Positions 43,757-53,303 of a DNA stretch of 64,000 bases are shown one piece after another. The DNA is from an uncultured Clostridia bacterium (GTDB taxonomy: Bacteria > Bacillota > Clostridia > Christensenellales > Borkfalkiaceae), in the NCBI GenBank assembly GCA_944367045.1, contig CALVWI010000010.1, positions 5,927-69,926 of the forward strand, in the 5' to 3' direction. Numbering within the stretch: the stretch's first letter is position 1; the number at the start of each line of letters is the position of its first letter. Under the pieces are notes generated by a model. That model was not told the origin of the DNA. It saw only the letters and a program-made list of their open reading frames with translations, and ran no database searches. A program made the translations under genes and the position numbers.

Positions 43757-45007
43757 TCATTTTCGTTCGGGAATGCCCGTGACGGAGCGGAAGGCGTTGA
43801 GGTCGATGACTCCCCCTTTGAGCAGTTCCAAGGCGTTCTCCCCCATCGTTCTGAGTCCCTCTTCTCGGGCGATGGAGTAAAGTTCGTCCGTCTCTTTTCC
43901 TGCACGGATGGCGGAGCGGAGACGCGGGGTGACTTCCATGACCTCATGCACGGCGATGCGCCCCTTCACGCCCCTGCCCTGACACTCCTCGCAGCCGTTG
44001 CCGCGGAAGAGTTGGCGTACATCGGGAAGAGCGGCATCTTCAGCCGTATATTGCGTGCGGCATTTGGGGCAGATGCGCTTTACGAGCCGCTGTGCGATGA
44101 CGCCCGTGAGCGCGTCTGCAAGAAAGCCGTTTTCGACGCCCAAATCGCGCAGACGGGGAACGGCATGGACGGCATCCGCCGTGTGCAGCGTGGAGAGCAC
44201 CAGCCTTCCCGCAATGGCCATGCGCACCGCCTCCCGCGCCGTCTCGGCGTCCCTGATCTCGCCGATCATGACGATGTCTGGATCCTGCCGAAGCACGTCC
44301 TTGAGCGCCATGCCGAGCGTGAGACGGCCGTCTGCGGGGAGCGAGACCTGTTCGGTGCCCTCGATGAGATATTCGACGGGATCTTCCACCGTGACGATGT
44401 TGCGGTGTTCGGAGACGAGCTCCTTCAAAAAACAGGCGAGCGTCGTCGACTTGCCGCAGCCCGTGGGGCCGGTCAGAAGCACGAGCCCGGGCTTCGAGAG
44501 CATGCGGAGGACGGCGGCCTCCTCGTCGGGCGAAAACGCGAGCTCCCGAAAGGTGAACGGAAGTTCGCGGGAGAGCAGGCGGATGACGATGTTCTCTCCA
44601 TATGCCGACGGGAGAGCCGAGATGCGGAGGTCGTAGTCTTTTCCGTAGAGGTCGAGAGAGAACCGCCCGTTCTGCGGCAGGTGGTGTTCTGCGATGTCCA
44701 TGCCCGAGATGGCCTTCATGCGCGTCACGACGGAGAGAAGTCCCGTCTTTGAAAAGGTGACGCGGTCATAAAGGTCGCCGTCGATGCGGTAGCGGACGCG
44801 CACCCCGTCCTCTTCGGGCGTGAGGTGGATGTCACTCGCGCCCAGGAGCGAGGCCTCGTAAAAGAGCGCATCCGTCAACAGCACGGCGGGCGCGGTCTCG
44901 GGAACGAACTTCTTCCCGCGCGGCATGCCAAGGCGGACGGCGGCGCTCTCGATCTCTCCCCGAAGACGCTTCAATTCGGCCTTCTTTAATTCCTCGTCCA
45001 CTTTCAC
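43757..45007 (-). CDS. GspE/PilB-family secretion ATPase (type II/IV pilus-like), short N-terminus
   Basis: 416 aa. GPTGCGKST Walker A, Asp/His boxes, CPKC...CEEC tetracysteine motif. GTG start. Confidence 0.85.
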   Translation of the reverse strand: MKVDEELKKAELKRLRGEIESAAVRLGMPRGKKFVPETAPAVLLTDALFYEASLLGASDIHLTPEEDGVRVRYRIDGDLYDRVTFSKTGLLSVVTRMKAISGMDIAEHHLPQNGRFSLDLYGKDYDLRISALPSAYGENIVIRLLSRELPFTFRELAFSPDEEAAVLRMLSKPGLVLLTGPTGCGKSTTLACFLKELVSEHRNIVTVEDPVEYLIEGTEQVSLPADGRLTLGMALKDVLRQDPDIVMIGEIRDAETAREAVRMAIAGRLVLSTLHTADAVHAVPRLRDLGVENGFLADALTGVIAQRLVKRICPKCRTQYTAEDAALPDVRQLFRGNGCEECQGRGVKGRIAVHEVMEVTPRLRSAIRAGKETDELYSIAREEGLRTMGENALELLKGGVIDLNAFRSVTGIPERK

Positions 45008-45018
45008 TCTCCCTGAAA

Positions 45019-45048
45019 ACGTAAAAGGGAGCGCTTTTCCGCGCTCCC
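45019..45048 (-). terminator. intrinsic terminator after the DtxR-family gene
   Basis: Minus strand GGGAGCGC-ggaaaa-GCGCTCCC then TTTTACGTTTT. Confidence 0.6.
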
Positions 45049-45055
45049 GCCTGAT

Positions 45056-45430
45056 TTAAGAGGCAATAAACTGCTTGAAGACGTCCATCATCTCGTCCGA
45101 GACGACGTGCTCGATGCGGCAGGCGTTCTCCTCGGCGACGTGCGCCTCCGCGCCCATCTTCATGAGCGCCTTGGTGAGCACGCTGTGGCGCTCATACACG
45201 CCCTCCGCCTTCTTTCTGCCCGCCTCGGTGAAGGTGAGGTTGCCCGTCGCATGGTCGATCTCGATGTAGCCCTTGGATTTGAGCAGATTGACCCCGCGCG
45301 AGACGCTCGACTTCGCATAGCCGAGTTCCTCTCCCACGTCCACGGCGCGCACATTGGGCTTGCCGCGGTGAAGAAGGAGAATGGTCTCCAGATACATCTC
45401 CTCCGATTCTCTCGTTCTCTTGATGGCCAT
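45056..45430 (-). CDS. DtxR/MntR-family metal-dependent transcriptional regulator (no SH3-like domain)
   Basis: 124 aa. SEEMYLETILLL...VRAVDVGEELGYAKSSVSRGVNLLKSKGYI winged HTH, then a metal-site helix ...HVAEENACRIEHV. Confidence 0.85.
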   Translation of the reverse strand: MAIKRTRESEEMYLETILLLHRGKPNVRAVDVGEELGYAKSSVSRGVNLLKSKGYIEIDHATGNLTFTEAGRKKAEGVYERHSVLTKALMKMGAEAHVAEENACRIEHVVSDEMMDVFKQFIAS

Positions 45431-45524
45431 GCCGCACCTCCTTTTTGTTCATTATACACGTTTTGCGTGAAAATGTAAAGGAGAAACGGGACATTTTATG
45501 ATATTGCTTCAAATCTTGCCCAAA

Positions 45525-45556
45525 ACATCGCAAAGAGCGGCCCTTTCGGACCGCTC
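45525..45556 (-). terminator. intrinsic terminator after the lipoprotein gene
   Basis: Minus strand GAGCGG(T)CC-gaaa-GG(G)CCGCTC then TTTGCGATGTTTT. Confidence 0.6.
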
Positions 45557-45577
45557 ATTTGAGTTGTTTTGCGTTAC

Positions 45578-46531
45578 TTATCTTGCGAAGGGTTCGTAGG
45601 TGTAGCTGCCGTCCGCCTCGCGGATGACGCGGTAGCTTTGGCCCTCTCTTCCGCTGCCGACGCGGAGGAAGATGTAGTCTTTGCCGCGGTAGCTGCCTTC
45701 CTCGAATACGAACACGTCGCGCTCCGAGCCGCTCACGCGGACCATCTCGAGCTCGCTCTCATTGCCCTCTTCCTCGAAGGAGAAGGAGCTCCTCTCGACG
45801 ACGCGGCCGTTCTCGCGGATGGTGTAGCTGTATTCGAGTTCGTACTCTTTCCCCTCCGAGCTCTCGCTCTGTTCTACCCAGACGGTGCGGCCGTCTTCAA
45901 GGGTGACGCGGAACTCGGTCTCGCTCTCGTATTCGTTGCGCTCGCTCTCGATGCTGCGCTTGCCTTGCACGGGGTACTCGATGCCGTCGATGACGAGGAT
46001 GCCGCCGATCGCGTATTCCTCTTCCTGTTCGTCCCAGTCGTCCCAATCGTCGTCCCATCTGTCGTCGTCGGGGATGAGCGTCTTGTTGTAGTACATCACA
46101 TATTCGGTGTTCCCGGTAAGGCCGCTGTAGGAGACCGTCATGCGCTCCTCGTATTCGGCCCTGTCGGAGTTCTCCACGCGGGCATTGTAGCCGTTCCCGT
46201 TGAGGAAGCCGTCCACAAGGCCCATGTAGCGGTCGAGTTCGTTGAGTTCGGGATCGGTCTCGGGCACGGCGGGGACTTCGGGCGTTGTCTCGGGAAGCGT
46301 CTCACCGGGCGCGGCGGGCGTTTCGGGCTGTGTCTCCGAGAAGGTGACCGTTGCGTCCATCGACTGGATGAGCATGCCTGCGGTCGCGGCGGAGACGCCG
46401 TACACGCTTTGGCTCTCTGCGGGGTGTTCGGTGTTGCCGCCGAGTGCCGTCCCGCCCGTATTGCAGGCGGTCGCCCCGAGGGCAAGGGTGAGTGCGGAAG
46501 CTGCCAGAATGAGGGTGATCGTCTTTTTCAT
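45578..46531 (-). CDS. acidic lipoprotein, paralog of the anti-sigma ectodomain
   Basis: 317 aa. Lipobox LALGATAC. DDDRWDDDWDDWDEQEEEY tract. ~250 aa align by eye to 47271..48467. Confidence 0.75.
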   Translation of the reverse strand: MKKTITLILAASALTLALGATACNTGGTALGGNTEHPAESQSVYGVSAATAGMLIQSMDATVTFSETQPETPAAPGETLPETTPEVPAVPETDPELNELDRYMGLVDGFLNGNGYNARVENSDRAEYEERMTVSYSGLTGNTEYVMYYNKTLIPDDDRWDDDWDDWDEQEEEYAIGGILVIDGIEYPVQGKRSIESERNEYESETEFRVTLEDGRTVWVEQSESSEGKEYELEYSYTIRENGRVVERSSFSFEEEGNESELEMVRVSGSERDVFVFEEGSYRGKDYIFLRVGSGREGQSYRVIREADGSYTYEPFAR

Positions 46532-46656
46532 TGTCGTTTTCTCCTGATTTTGATTTGGGGGTTTCCGGAAGTTTTTTCCCTTTGCACCTATATAACAATC
46601 GTACTTTGCCCGTTTGTTGGAGAAAATATAAAATTTCCGAAAAAAATTTCTCCCCC

Positions 46657-46685
46657 TTGACGAAGCATGGGCAAACTGCTACAAT
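46657..46685 (+). promoter_or_regulatory. sigma-A type promoter upstream of the ECF sigma gene
   Basis: TTGACG-N17-TACAAT. Confidence 0.5.
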
Positions 46686-46749
46686 ATAAGAAAAAATCAC
46701 AATTTTCCAACAATCGGGCGATCTCGGTTGTTTATATTATGGAAAGAGT

Positions 46750-47274
46750 ATGAAAGATGAGAGTTTGGAGAAAAGCGTCGAGGCGCTGAGACAGGGAGAT
46801 ACGCGCGCGTTCGACCTTATCTATGAGCGCACCAACCGCGCCGCTTACTTTACCATCCTGTACCTCGTCCGCGACAAGATGCACGCCGAGGACGTATTGC
46901 AGGAGACGTACCTGCGCGCCATGCGCTCTTTATCGCAGTACCGCGCGGGGAGCAACTTCACGGCGTGGCTGTGCACCATCGCCCGCTCGCTCGCCTTGAA
47001 CCATCTAAAGAAAAACCGGCGGGAAGTTTCCACCGACTTTCAGGAGGACGCCTATAAGTACGGCACCTCCGAGGCGGAGATCCCCTACCTGTTCGACCTC
47101 GCGGCCCGCATCTTAACGCCCGAGGAGTATGAGATCGTCATGCTCTGCCAGGTTGCGGGATACAAGCGGAGGGAGGTTGCAAAGATGCTGGATATCCCCA
47201 TCGGGACGGTGACATGGCGCAACAACGAGGCGCTCAAGAAGCTCAAAAAACACTTGGAGGAGGACAACGCATGA
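46750..47274 (+). CDS. ECF-type sigma-70 family sigma factor
   Basis: 174 aa. Region 2 (DVLQETYLRAMRSL...FTAWLCTIARS) and region 4 (EYEIVMLCQVAGYKRREVAKMLDIPIGTVTWR). Confidence 0.88.
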   Translation: MKDESLEKSVEALRQGDTRAFDLIYERTNRAAYFTILYLVRDKMHAEDVLQETYLRAMRSLSQYRAGSNFTAWLCTIARSLALNHLKKNRREVSTDFQEDAYKYGTSEAEIPYLFDLAARILTPEEYEIVMLCQVAGYKRREVAKMLDIPIGTVTWRNNEALKKLKKHLEEDNA

Positions 47275-48467
47275 AGGACATCAAGAAACTGCTCAAGTCG
47301 GAAGCGAAGCGCGTTCTCCCGGACGAGAAAGTCAAAGAAAACATCAAACAGGAGCTCGGCTACACCGCGGAGTTGCCCGTGCTCGCGCGAGCGGACGGCG
47401 GCACCGAGACGGTGAAACATAAGAAGAAGGTACTCATTCCCGCGATTGGTGCGGCGGCCATCGTTCTTATTTTGGCCATCCTTCTTCCCATCGTGATCCC
47501 CGGGGGGACCTCTCCCATCCCCGTTCCCCTTCCGGGCGGCAACAAGTTCGCCGAGATCACCGACGCCGATTCCTTCTACGCCTACGGTGCGGCGTCCGTC
47601 GGGTCGCTGCTTGCATCGGAGAGTGCGGCGTCTCCCGTCAGTTCGGTGGAGAGCGGCGCCGTAGTCCTCTTCATGAAGAGCGTGAGCGATGAGTCCGCGG
47701 CCGAAGAAAAGCACGTCGAGACGGTCAACCGCTACATGTCGCTCGTCGAGGGGCTCTTAAGTGAGAACGCCATCGAGGCGACCGCCGTTGCGGGCGAGGA
47801 CGGCTACGAATACGGCATGCAGATCGCCTACACCGACCTTCTCGGCGACACCGTCTCCTATACCCTCTACTTCAACAAGATCTTTGTAAGCAGCGAATTT
47901 GACGAGGGCGAGACGGAGGAAGAGTACGCCATCGAGGGCGAACTCATCGCGGAGGGGCGAAGCTATCCCGTGCGCGGCAACTACGAGACGGAACAGGACG
48001 GCGGAGAATCGGAGAACGAACTCTACTTCCGCGCCTACCTCGACGAGAGCGAGCGCTCCTATCTTGAGATCACGCAGGAATCGGAGACGGAGAGCGAGCA
48101 TACGAGCACCGAGACGGAGAAGGAGTACGTCTATACCCGCTACGAGAACGGCAGGCGCGTGGAGCGCACCGTCGTCGAATATGAACAGGAGGACGGCGAG
48201 CTGGAGCTCAAGCTCTCCATCGAGCGCGAGGGCGAGCGCGACGAGCTGCAATTCGAGAGCGCACGCCTGAACGGCGAGTCGGTGCTGATCGCCGAAGGTA
48301 CCCTCTCGGGCGAGCGCGTCCGCTTCACCGTGTATATCCGCGAGAGCGGCTATCACTACGTCTTCGAGGACGGCTCCTATTCCGACCACGGCCGCTACGA
48401 TGACGATGACGACGACGATGACGACGATGACGATTTGGATGATCGCCGAAGATTTGCGGGAGTGTAA
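47271..48467 (+). CDS. single-pass membrane protein, putative anti-sigma factor with acidic ectodomain and poly-Asp tail
   Basis: ATGA overlap with the sigma gene. ~50-aa cytoplasmic part without zf-HC2, TM IPAIGAAAIVLILAILLPIVI. 12 consecutive Asp codons at 48399-48434. Confidence 0.7.
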   Translation: MKDIKKLLKSEAKRVLPDEKVKENIKQELGYTAELPVLARADGGTETVKHKKKVLIPAIGAAAIVLILAILLPIVIPGGTSPIPVPLPGGNKFAEITDADSFYAYGAASVGSLLASESAASPVSSVESGAVVLFMKSVSDESAAEEKHVETVNRYMSLVEGLLSENAIEATAVAGEDGYEYGMQIAYTDLLGDTVSYTLYFNKIFVSSEFDEGETEEEYAIEGELIAEGRSYPVRGNYETEQDGGESENELYFRAYLDESERSYLEITQESETESEHTSTETEKEYVYTRYENGRRVERTVVEYEQEDGELELKLSIEREGERDELQFESARLNGESVLIAEGTLSGERVRFTVYIRESGYHYVFEDGSYSDHGRYDDDDDDDDDDDDLDDRRRFAGV

Positions 48468-48480
48468 CTGAAAAAACGAC

Positions 48481-48520
48481 GCAAAGACGGCGCCGCGCAA
48501 ATGCGCGGCGCCGTCTTTGC
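48481..48520. terminator. bidirectional terminator (perfect 18-bp GC-rich stem)
   Basis: GCAAAGACGGCGCCGCGC-aaat-GCGCGGCGCCGTCTTTGC between the convergent anti-sigma and fucO genes. Confidence 0.7.
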
Positions 48521-48560
48521 AATATCTCTTCGCTGATGATATATCAGAGAGGAACGGAGC

Positions 48561-49709
48561 TTAGAGCAGGGACTTGTAGAGGGCGATGATGTCCTCCTTG
48601 GTGGGATCCTTGGGGTTGCCGGGGCGGCAAGCGTCGTCCATTGCGGACTGTGCAAGGAAGTCGAGGTCCTCCTCCTTCACGATGTTCTTGAGGTCCTTGG
48701 GGATACCGACGTCCTCGGAGAGCTGCTTGACGGCCGCAACGGCTGCCTTTCTTGCATCCTCGAGGCTCATCGCATCGACGCCCTCGACGCCCATCGCCTT
48801 GGCGATGTCGCGGTACTTCTCGCCCGTTGCGTCTGCGTTGTATTCCATGACGGTGGGAAGCAGGATGGCGTTTGCGACGCCGTGAGGGGTATCATAGAGC
48901 GCGCCGAGCGGGTGTGCCATGGAGTGGACGATGCCGAGGCCGACGTTGGAGAAGCCCATGCCCGCGATGTACTGGCCGAGCGCCATGCCCTCTCTGCCTT
49001 CGGGGGTGTTGGCGACGGCGCCGCGCAGGTTCTTGGAGATGATCTCGATGGCCTTGAGGTGGAACATATCGCTCATCGCCCAAGCGCCCTTGGTGATGTA
49101 GCCCTCGATGGCGTGGGTGAGCGCGTCCATACCGGTCGCAGCCGTGAGGCCCTTGGGCATGGAGCTCATCATGTCTGGATCGACGACGGCGACGACGGGA
49201 ATGTCGTGCACGTCGACGCAGACCATCTTGCGGTTCTTCTCGGTATCCGTGATGACGTAGTTGATGGTGACTTCCGCAGCGGTGCCTGCCGTCGTGGGAA
49301 CGGCGATGATAGGCACGCTCTTGTTCTTAGTGGGAGCGACGCCCTCCAGCGAAACGACATCGGCGAACTCGGGGTTGGCGATGATGATGCCGATGGCCTT
49401 CGCGGTATCCATCGAGGAGCCGCCGCCGATGGCGATGATGCAGTCAGCGCCGCTTGCCTTGAAGGCCTCGACGCCCGTCTGCACGTTCTCGATCGTGGGG
49501 TTGGCTTTGATCTTGGAATAGATCTCATAAGGGATGCCCGCGTTGTCAAGGACGTCGGTCACCTTCTTGGTGACGCCGAACTTGATGAGGTCGGGGTCGG
49601 AGCAGACGAAGCACTTCTTGAAGCCCCTCCCCTTGACTTCGGTGGCGATCTCCTGGATCGCGCCCTTGCCGTGATAGCTCGTTTCGTTGAGAACAAACCT
49701 GTTAGCCAT
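48561..49709 (-). CDS. fucO: lactaldehyde reductase (iron-containing alcohol dehydrogenase)
   Basis: 382 aa. MANRFVLNETSYHGKGAI...CIIAIGGGSSMDTAKAIGII, collinear with E. coli FucO as recalled. Confidence 0.88.
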   Translation of the reverse strand: MANRFVLNETSYHGKGAIQEIATEVKGRGFKKCFVCSDPDLIKFGVTKKVTDVLDNAGIPYEIYSKIKANPTIENVQTGVEAFKASGADCIIAIGGGSSMDTAKAIGIIIANPEFADVVSLEGVAPTKNKSVPIIAVPTTAGTAAEVTINYVITDTEKNRKMVCVDVHDIPVVAVVDPDMMSSMPKGLTAATGMDALTHAIEGYITKGAWAMSDMFHLKAIEIISKNLRGAVANTPEGREGMALGQYIAGMGFSNVGLGIVHSMAHPLGALYDTPHGVANAILLPTVMEYNADATGEKYRDIAKAMGVEGVDAMSLEDARKAAVAAVKQLSEDVGIPKDLKNIVKEEDLDFLAQSAMDDACRPGNPKDPTKEDIIALYKSLL

Positions 49710-49766
49710 AAAACTTATCTCCTTATCAATAATTTTCTTTGATTATAGCACGTTTTTAAGAAAAAC

Positions 49767-50600
49767 TCAAAGGTCTAAGAAGTCTTTTCTGTAATCGATG
49801 CCGAAAAGTTCGACGAGCTTGACCATGTCCTCGTCCTTGATGGTGTTGAGGCGGGGCAGGTGCGCGGTGAGCATGTAGATCTGCGCGGCCTTCTCCACCG
49901 TCTCGATGAGGCCGAAGGTCTCGTCCAGCGTCTTGCCGGCGCCGTAGATGCCGTGCATCGCCCAGACGACGAGGCGGAACTCCTTCATCTTCTCGGCAGT
50001 CGCCTTGCCGATCTCCGTCGTACCGCAGAGCATCCAAGGGAGCACGCCGACGCCCTCGGGGAACACGACGATGCACTCGGTGCACATCTCCCAAAGGGTG
50101 TGCGTGAACTTCTTCTCGTCCAGCTCATGCACATAGTTCATCGCAAGCGTGTTGGTGGGATGCGAGTGCATGACGACGCGGTTCTCGGGGTCGACGGAAA
50201 GGCGCGCCATGTGGCTCATCATGTGTGCGGGGAACTCGGAGGTGGGTCTGCCGCCGTCCTTGAAGCCCCAAAGGAGCTCGACGTTCTTGCCGCCCTTGCC
50301 GATGCGGACGATGCCGAGGTTGGTCTCGGGGTCCTTCTCGACGTTCTTGAAGTACTTGCCCGTGCCTGTGACGATGAAGATCTTGCCCTCGAGGGGAGAT
50401 GCGTCGAAGTCCACTTCGTTGACGCCCATCAGGGGGATGACGCGGAGCACGTTGTTGAGGTCGAGGTACTCTGCAACTTCCTCTTCCTTTAAAAGATAGC
50501 TGATGTTGCCGCCGTTGCGCTCATCCCAGCCGAGGCGGTACATATTGGCAGTCGTTTCACACATTTCGCGCACGAAGGGCGCAGTCATGATATCCTTCAT
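49767..50600 (-). CDS. rhaD: rhamnulose-1-phosphate aldolase
   Basis: 277 aa. GWDERNGGNISYLL, FIVTGTGKYF, LPWMLCGTTEIG. Confidence 0.92.
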   Translation of the reverse strand: MKDIMTAPFVREMCETTANMYRLGWDERNGGNISYLLKEEEVAEYLDLNNVLRVIPLMGVNEVDFDASPLEGKIFIVTGTGKYFKNVEKDPETNLGIVRIGKGGKNVELLWGFKDGGRPTSEFPAHMMSHMARLSVDPENRVVMHSHPTNTLAMNYVHELDEKKFTHTLWEMCTECIVVFPEGVGVLPWMLCGTTEIGKATAEKMKEFRLVVWAMHGIYGAGKTLDETFGLIETVEKAAQIYMLTAHLPRLNTIKDEDMVKLVELFGIDYRKDFLDL

Positions 50601-51838
50601 TTTCTCTCCTCCAAGATCTCTTTTTCGTAGTCCATGATGGTCTCATAGTAGTTGTCGTCGAGGCCGCATTCCTTGAGATACTCCGCCCAGACATCGCTGA
50701 AGGGAAGCATCTTGACGCGCTCCTGAAGATACATGAGCTTGGTGAACTCCCCTTTGTCCTGCGCGTCCTTCATTGAAGCATTGGGAAGGAGCAGCGCATA
50801 GAGAAGCGCCTTCTCGACGGAGCGCTCGCCCGTCACCCACGCGAACACGCGGTTGATGGAGGCGTCGAAGTAGTCGAGCGCGATCTTGACCTTGCCCAAA
50901 GCGTCGTTTCTCACGACTTCCTTCATGATCTCCTTGAGTTCGTCCTCGAAGATGACGACGTGGTCGCTATCCCAGCGGACGGGACGGGAGACGTGCAGCG
51001 CGACCTTATCGTAGAAGGTGAGCATTGCGGGGATCTTGTCCGAGACGACTTCCGTGGGATGATAGTGGCCGTTGTCGAGCAGCGAGCAGATGCCGCGCGT
51101 TGCCGCATAGTTCTGGCAGAATTCGCTGGAGCCTACGGTGTAGCTCTCGACGCCGATGCCGAATACCTTGCTCTCGATGGCGGGAATGACCCACTCCTTG
51201 TCGTAGTTTGCAAGGATCTCGTCGAGGGACTTTGCGTATCTCTGACGGGGGCCGAGGCGATCTGCGGGAACGTCCTTATAGCCGTCGGGGATCCAGATGT
51301 TGACAAGGCAGGGGCTGCCCATCTCCTTGCCGAGGTAGGCCGCGATCTCCATGCAGCGCTTGCCGTGCTCCACCCAGAACTTTCTCGTCTCCTCGTCGGG
51401 CGAAGAGAGCGTGAGGCCGTCCTTCATCTTGGGGTGGGCAAAGAACGTGGGGTTGAAGTCGATGCCGTCGTAGCCGTTGTCCTTTGCAAACTTCACCCAA
51501 GGGGCAAAGTGCTTGGGCTCGTACTTGTCGCGGTCGATCTTGCCCTTGTCCTCGCCGAGGAAGGCGTAGCTCGCGTGCACGTTGATGCGCTTCTTGCCGG
51601 GCATGAGGGAGAGCGCGTAGGCGTAGCCTTTGAGAAGCTCCTCCGCGTTGCGCGCACGGCCGGGGTAGTTGCCCGTCGTCTGGATGCCGCCCGAGAGGCT
51701 CTCCGCGCCCTCGAACCCGAGGACGTCGTCGCCCTGCCAGCAGTGCACGGAGATGGGCACCTCTTTGAGGGCCGCGATCGCCGCATCCGTGTCCACGCCG
51801 AAGGCGGCGTAGGCCTGTTTTGCTTCCTGATAGCTCAT
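50597..51838 (-). CDS. rhaA: L-rhamnose isomerase
   Basis: 413 aa. ISVHCWQGDDVLGFE..., 4-nt overlap with rhaD. Confidence 0.92.
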   Translation of the reverse strand: MSYQEAKQAYAAFGVDTDAAIAALKEVPISVHCWQGDDVLGFEGAESLSGGIQTTGNYPGRARNAEELLKGYAYALSLMPGKKRINVHASYAFLGEDKGKIDRDKYEPKHFAPWVKFAKDNGYDGIDFNPTFFAHPKMKDGLTLSSPDEETRKFWVEHGKRCMEIAAYLGKEMGSPCLVNIWIPDGYKDVPADRLGPRQRYAKSLDEILANYDKEWVIPAIESKVFGIGVESYTVGSSEFCQNYAATRGICSLLDNGHYHPTEVVSDKIPAMLTFYDKVALHVSRPVRWDSDHVVIFEDELKEIMKEVVRNDALGKVKIALDYFDASINRVFAWVTGERSVEKALLYALLLPNASMKDAQDKGEFTKLMYLQERVKMLPFSDVWAEYLKECGLDDNYYETIMDYEKEILEERK

Positions 51839-51881
51839 AGATTTTCCTCCGATTAAAATTTCTATTTCAGGACCTTTTGGG

Positions 51882-53180
51882 TCACTTGTTCATCTGAATT
51901 TTGAGATTGCCGAGCGCGGTCGCCTCGACGGGAATGGGCTTGACTTCGACGCCGCACACTTCCTGCGCAAGCTCGTTAAGCCACACGTTCTTGGCTCCTC
52001 CGCCCACGATGTAGAGCGTCTTGAACTTCTCTCCCGTGCACTCCGCGAGCTGCTCCAAAGCCTTTTTATAGCCGAGCGCAAGGCTCCTGTGCGCCGAGCG
52101 GAAGTAATCGCCGAACTCCTTGGGCCCCTTTCCTTCGGGGAAGACAGAATCGAACGCCGCCTTCATGCTCTCGGGGGCGAGGAAGCGCTCGTCGTTGACG
52201 TCGACAAGGCCGTCGAAGGTGCTCGCCTTGCCCGCATACATCGCCTCGTCGAAGGTCTTTTCGGGGCAGAGCTCGGCTTTCAGACGGTTGATGATCCACA
52301 TGCCCATGATGTTCTTGAGGAAACGGATGTAGCCGACGCCGCCCTCGTTGGTGAAGTTGGCCTTGCACGCCGCGGGGGTGCAGATGGGATGCTTTGCGCG
52401 GATGCCGAGCAGCGACCACGTGCCGCTCGAGAGGTACGCGCCCTCCGTCATGGGGATGCCCTCCACCGCGCTCGCCGTATCGTGCGAGGCGCAGAGGATG
52501 ACCTTCGTATTGCCGCCCACTTCCTGCGCAATTTCGGGGAGAAGGCCGCCCAGCTCATAGCCGGGCTGAACGATGTCGCCGAATAAGTTCTCGGGAAGGC
52601 CGAGCGTTTTGACGAGCTCCATGTCGTACTTGCCAGTCTCGGCATTGACGAGGCCCGTCGTCGTGGCGTTAGTGTACTCATGCGCCCCCACGCCCGTGAG
52701 CTTATAGGAGAGGTACTCGGGGATCATCAAAAACTTCGTGACCCCTTCGAGCCTGCCGCGCATCAGGTCGTCCGTGAGTTGATAGACGGTGTTGAAGGGC
52801 TGGAACTGAATGCCCGTGCGCTCATAGAGCTTCTCGAAGGGCACCTTCGCGTGGACGGCTTCAATGGCCTCCTTCGTGCGGCCGTCACGGTAGGCGTAGC
52901 AGGGCATGACTTCCTCGTCGCCCTTGAAGAGCACATAGTCGACCGCCCAGGTGTCGATGGCAAGGCTCTCGATGACGGAGTACTTTGCAAATGCTCGCTT
53001 GATGCCCTCTTTGACATGGCCGAAGAGCGCCTCAATATCCCAGACGAGGTGACCGGCCTCTTCCTTGACGCCGTTGGGGAAGCGGTAGACTTCCTCGGTG
53101 ACGAGCTTTCCGTCCTCCTCGTGCCCCACGATGTGACGCCCGCTCGAGGCGCCGATGTCGATCGCCAGATAGTACTTCAT
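51882..53180 (-). CDS. rhaB: rhamnulokinase (FGGY family)
   Basis: 432 aa. YLAIDIGASSGRHIVG...; operon context with rhaA/rhaD. Confidence 0.85.
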   Translation of the reverse strand: MKYYLAIDIGASSGRHIVGHEEDGKLVTEEVYRFPNGVKEEAGHLVWDIEALFGHVKEGIKRAFAKYSVIESLAIDTWAVDYVLFKGDEEVMPCYAYRDGRTKEAIEAVHAKVPFEKLYERTGIQFQPFNTVYQLTDDLMRGRLEGVTKFLMIPEYLSYKLTGVGAHEYTNATTTGLVNAETGKYDMELVKTLGLPENLFGDIVQPGYELGGLLPEIAQEVGGNTKVILCASHDTASAVEGIPMTEGAYLSSGTWSLLGIRAKHPICTPAACKANFTNEGGVGYIRFLKNIMGMWIINRLKAELCPEKTFDEAMYAGKASTFDGLVDVNDERFLAPESMKAAFDSVFPEGKGPKEFGDYFRSAHRSLALGYKKALEQLAECTGEKFKTLYIVGGGAKNVWLNELAQEVCGVEVKPIPVEATALGNLKIQMNK

Positions 53181-53268
53181 AGATGTTGTCTCCCTTATCG
53201 TTTGACACCATTATAGCACGCAAAAATGATAGGACAAGGACGCTATTTTGCGTATTTACCTCCCCCAC

Positions 53269-53297
53269 TTGACATTGTCGTGAAATCGTGGTAAAAT
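53269..53297 (+). promoter_or_regulatory. promoter placed for a leaderless AraC-regulator transcript
   Basis: TTGACA-N17-(TGG)TAAAAT, then 6 nt (gcacat) and ATG 53304. No SD. Confidence 0.55.
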
Positions 53298-53303
53298 GCA
53301 CAT

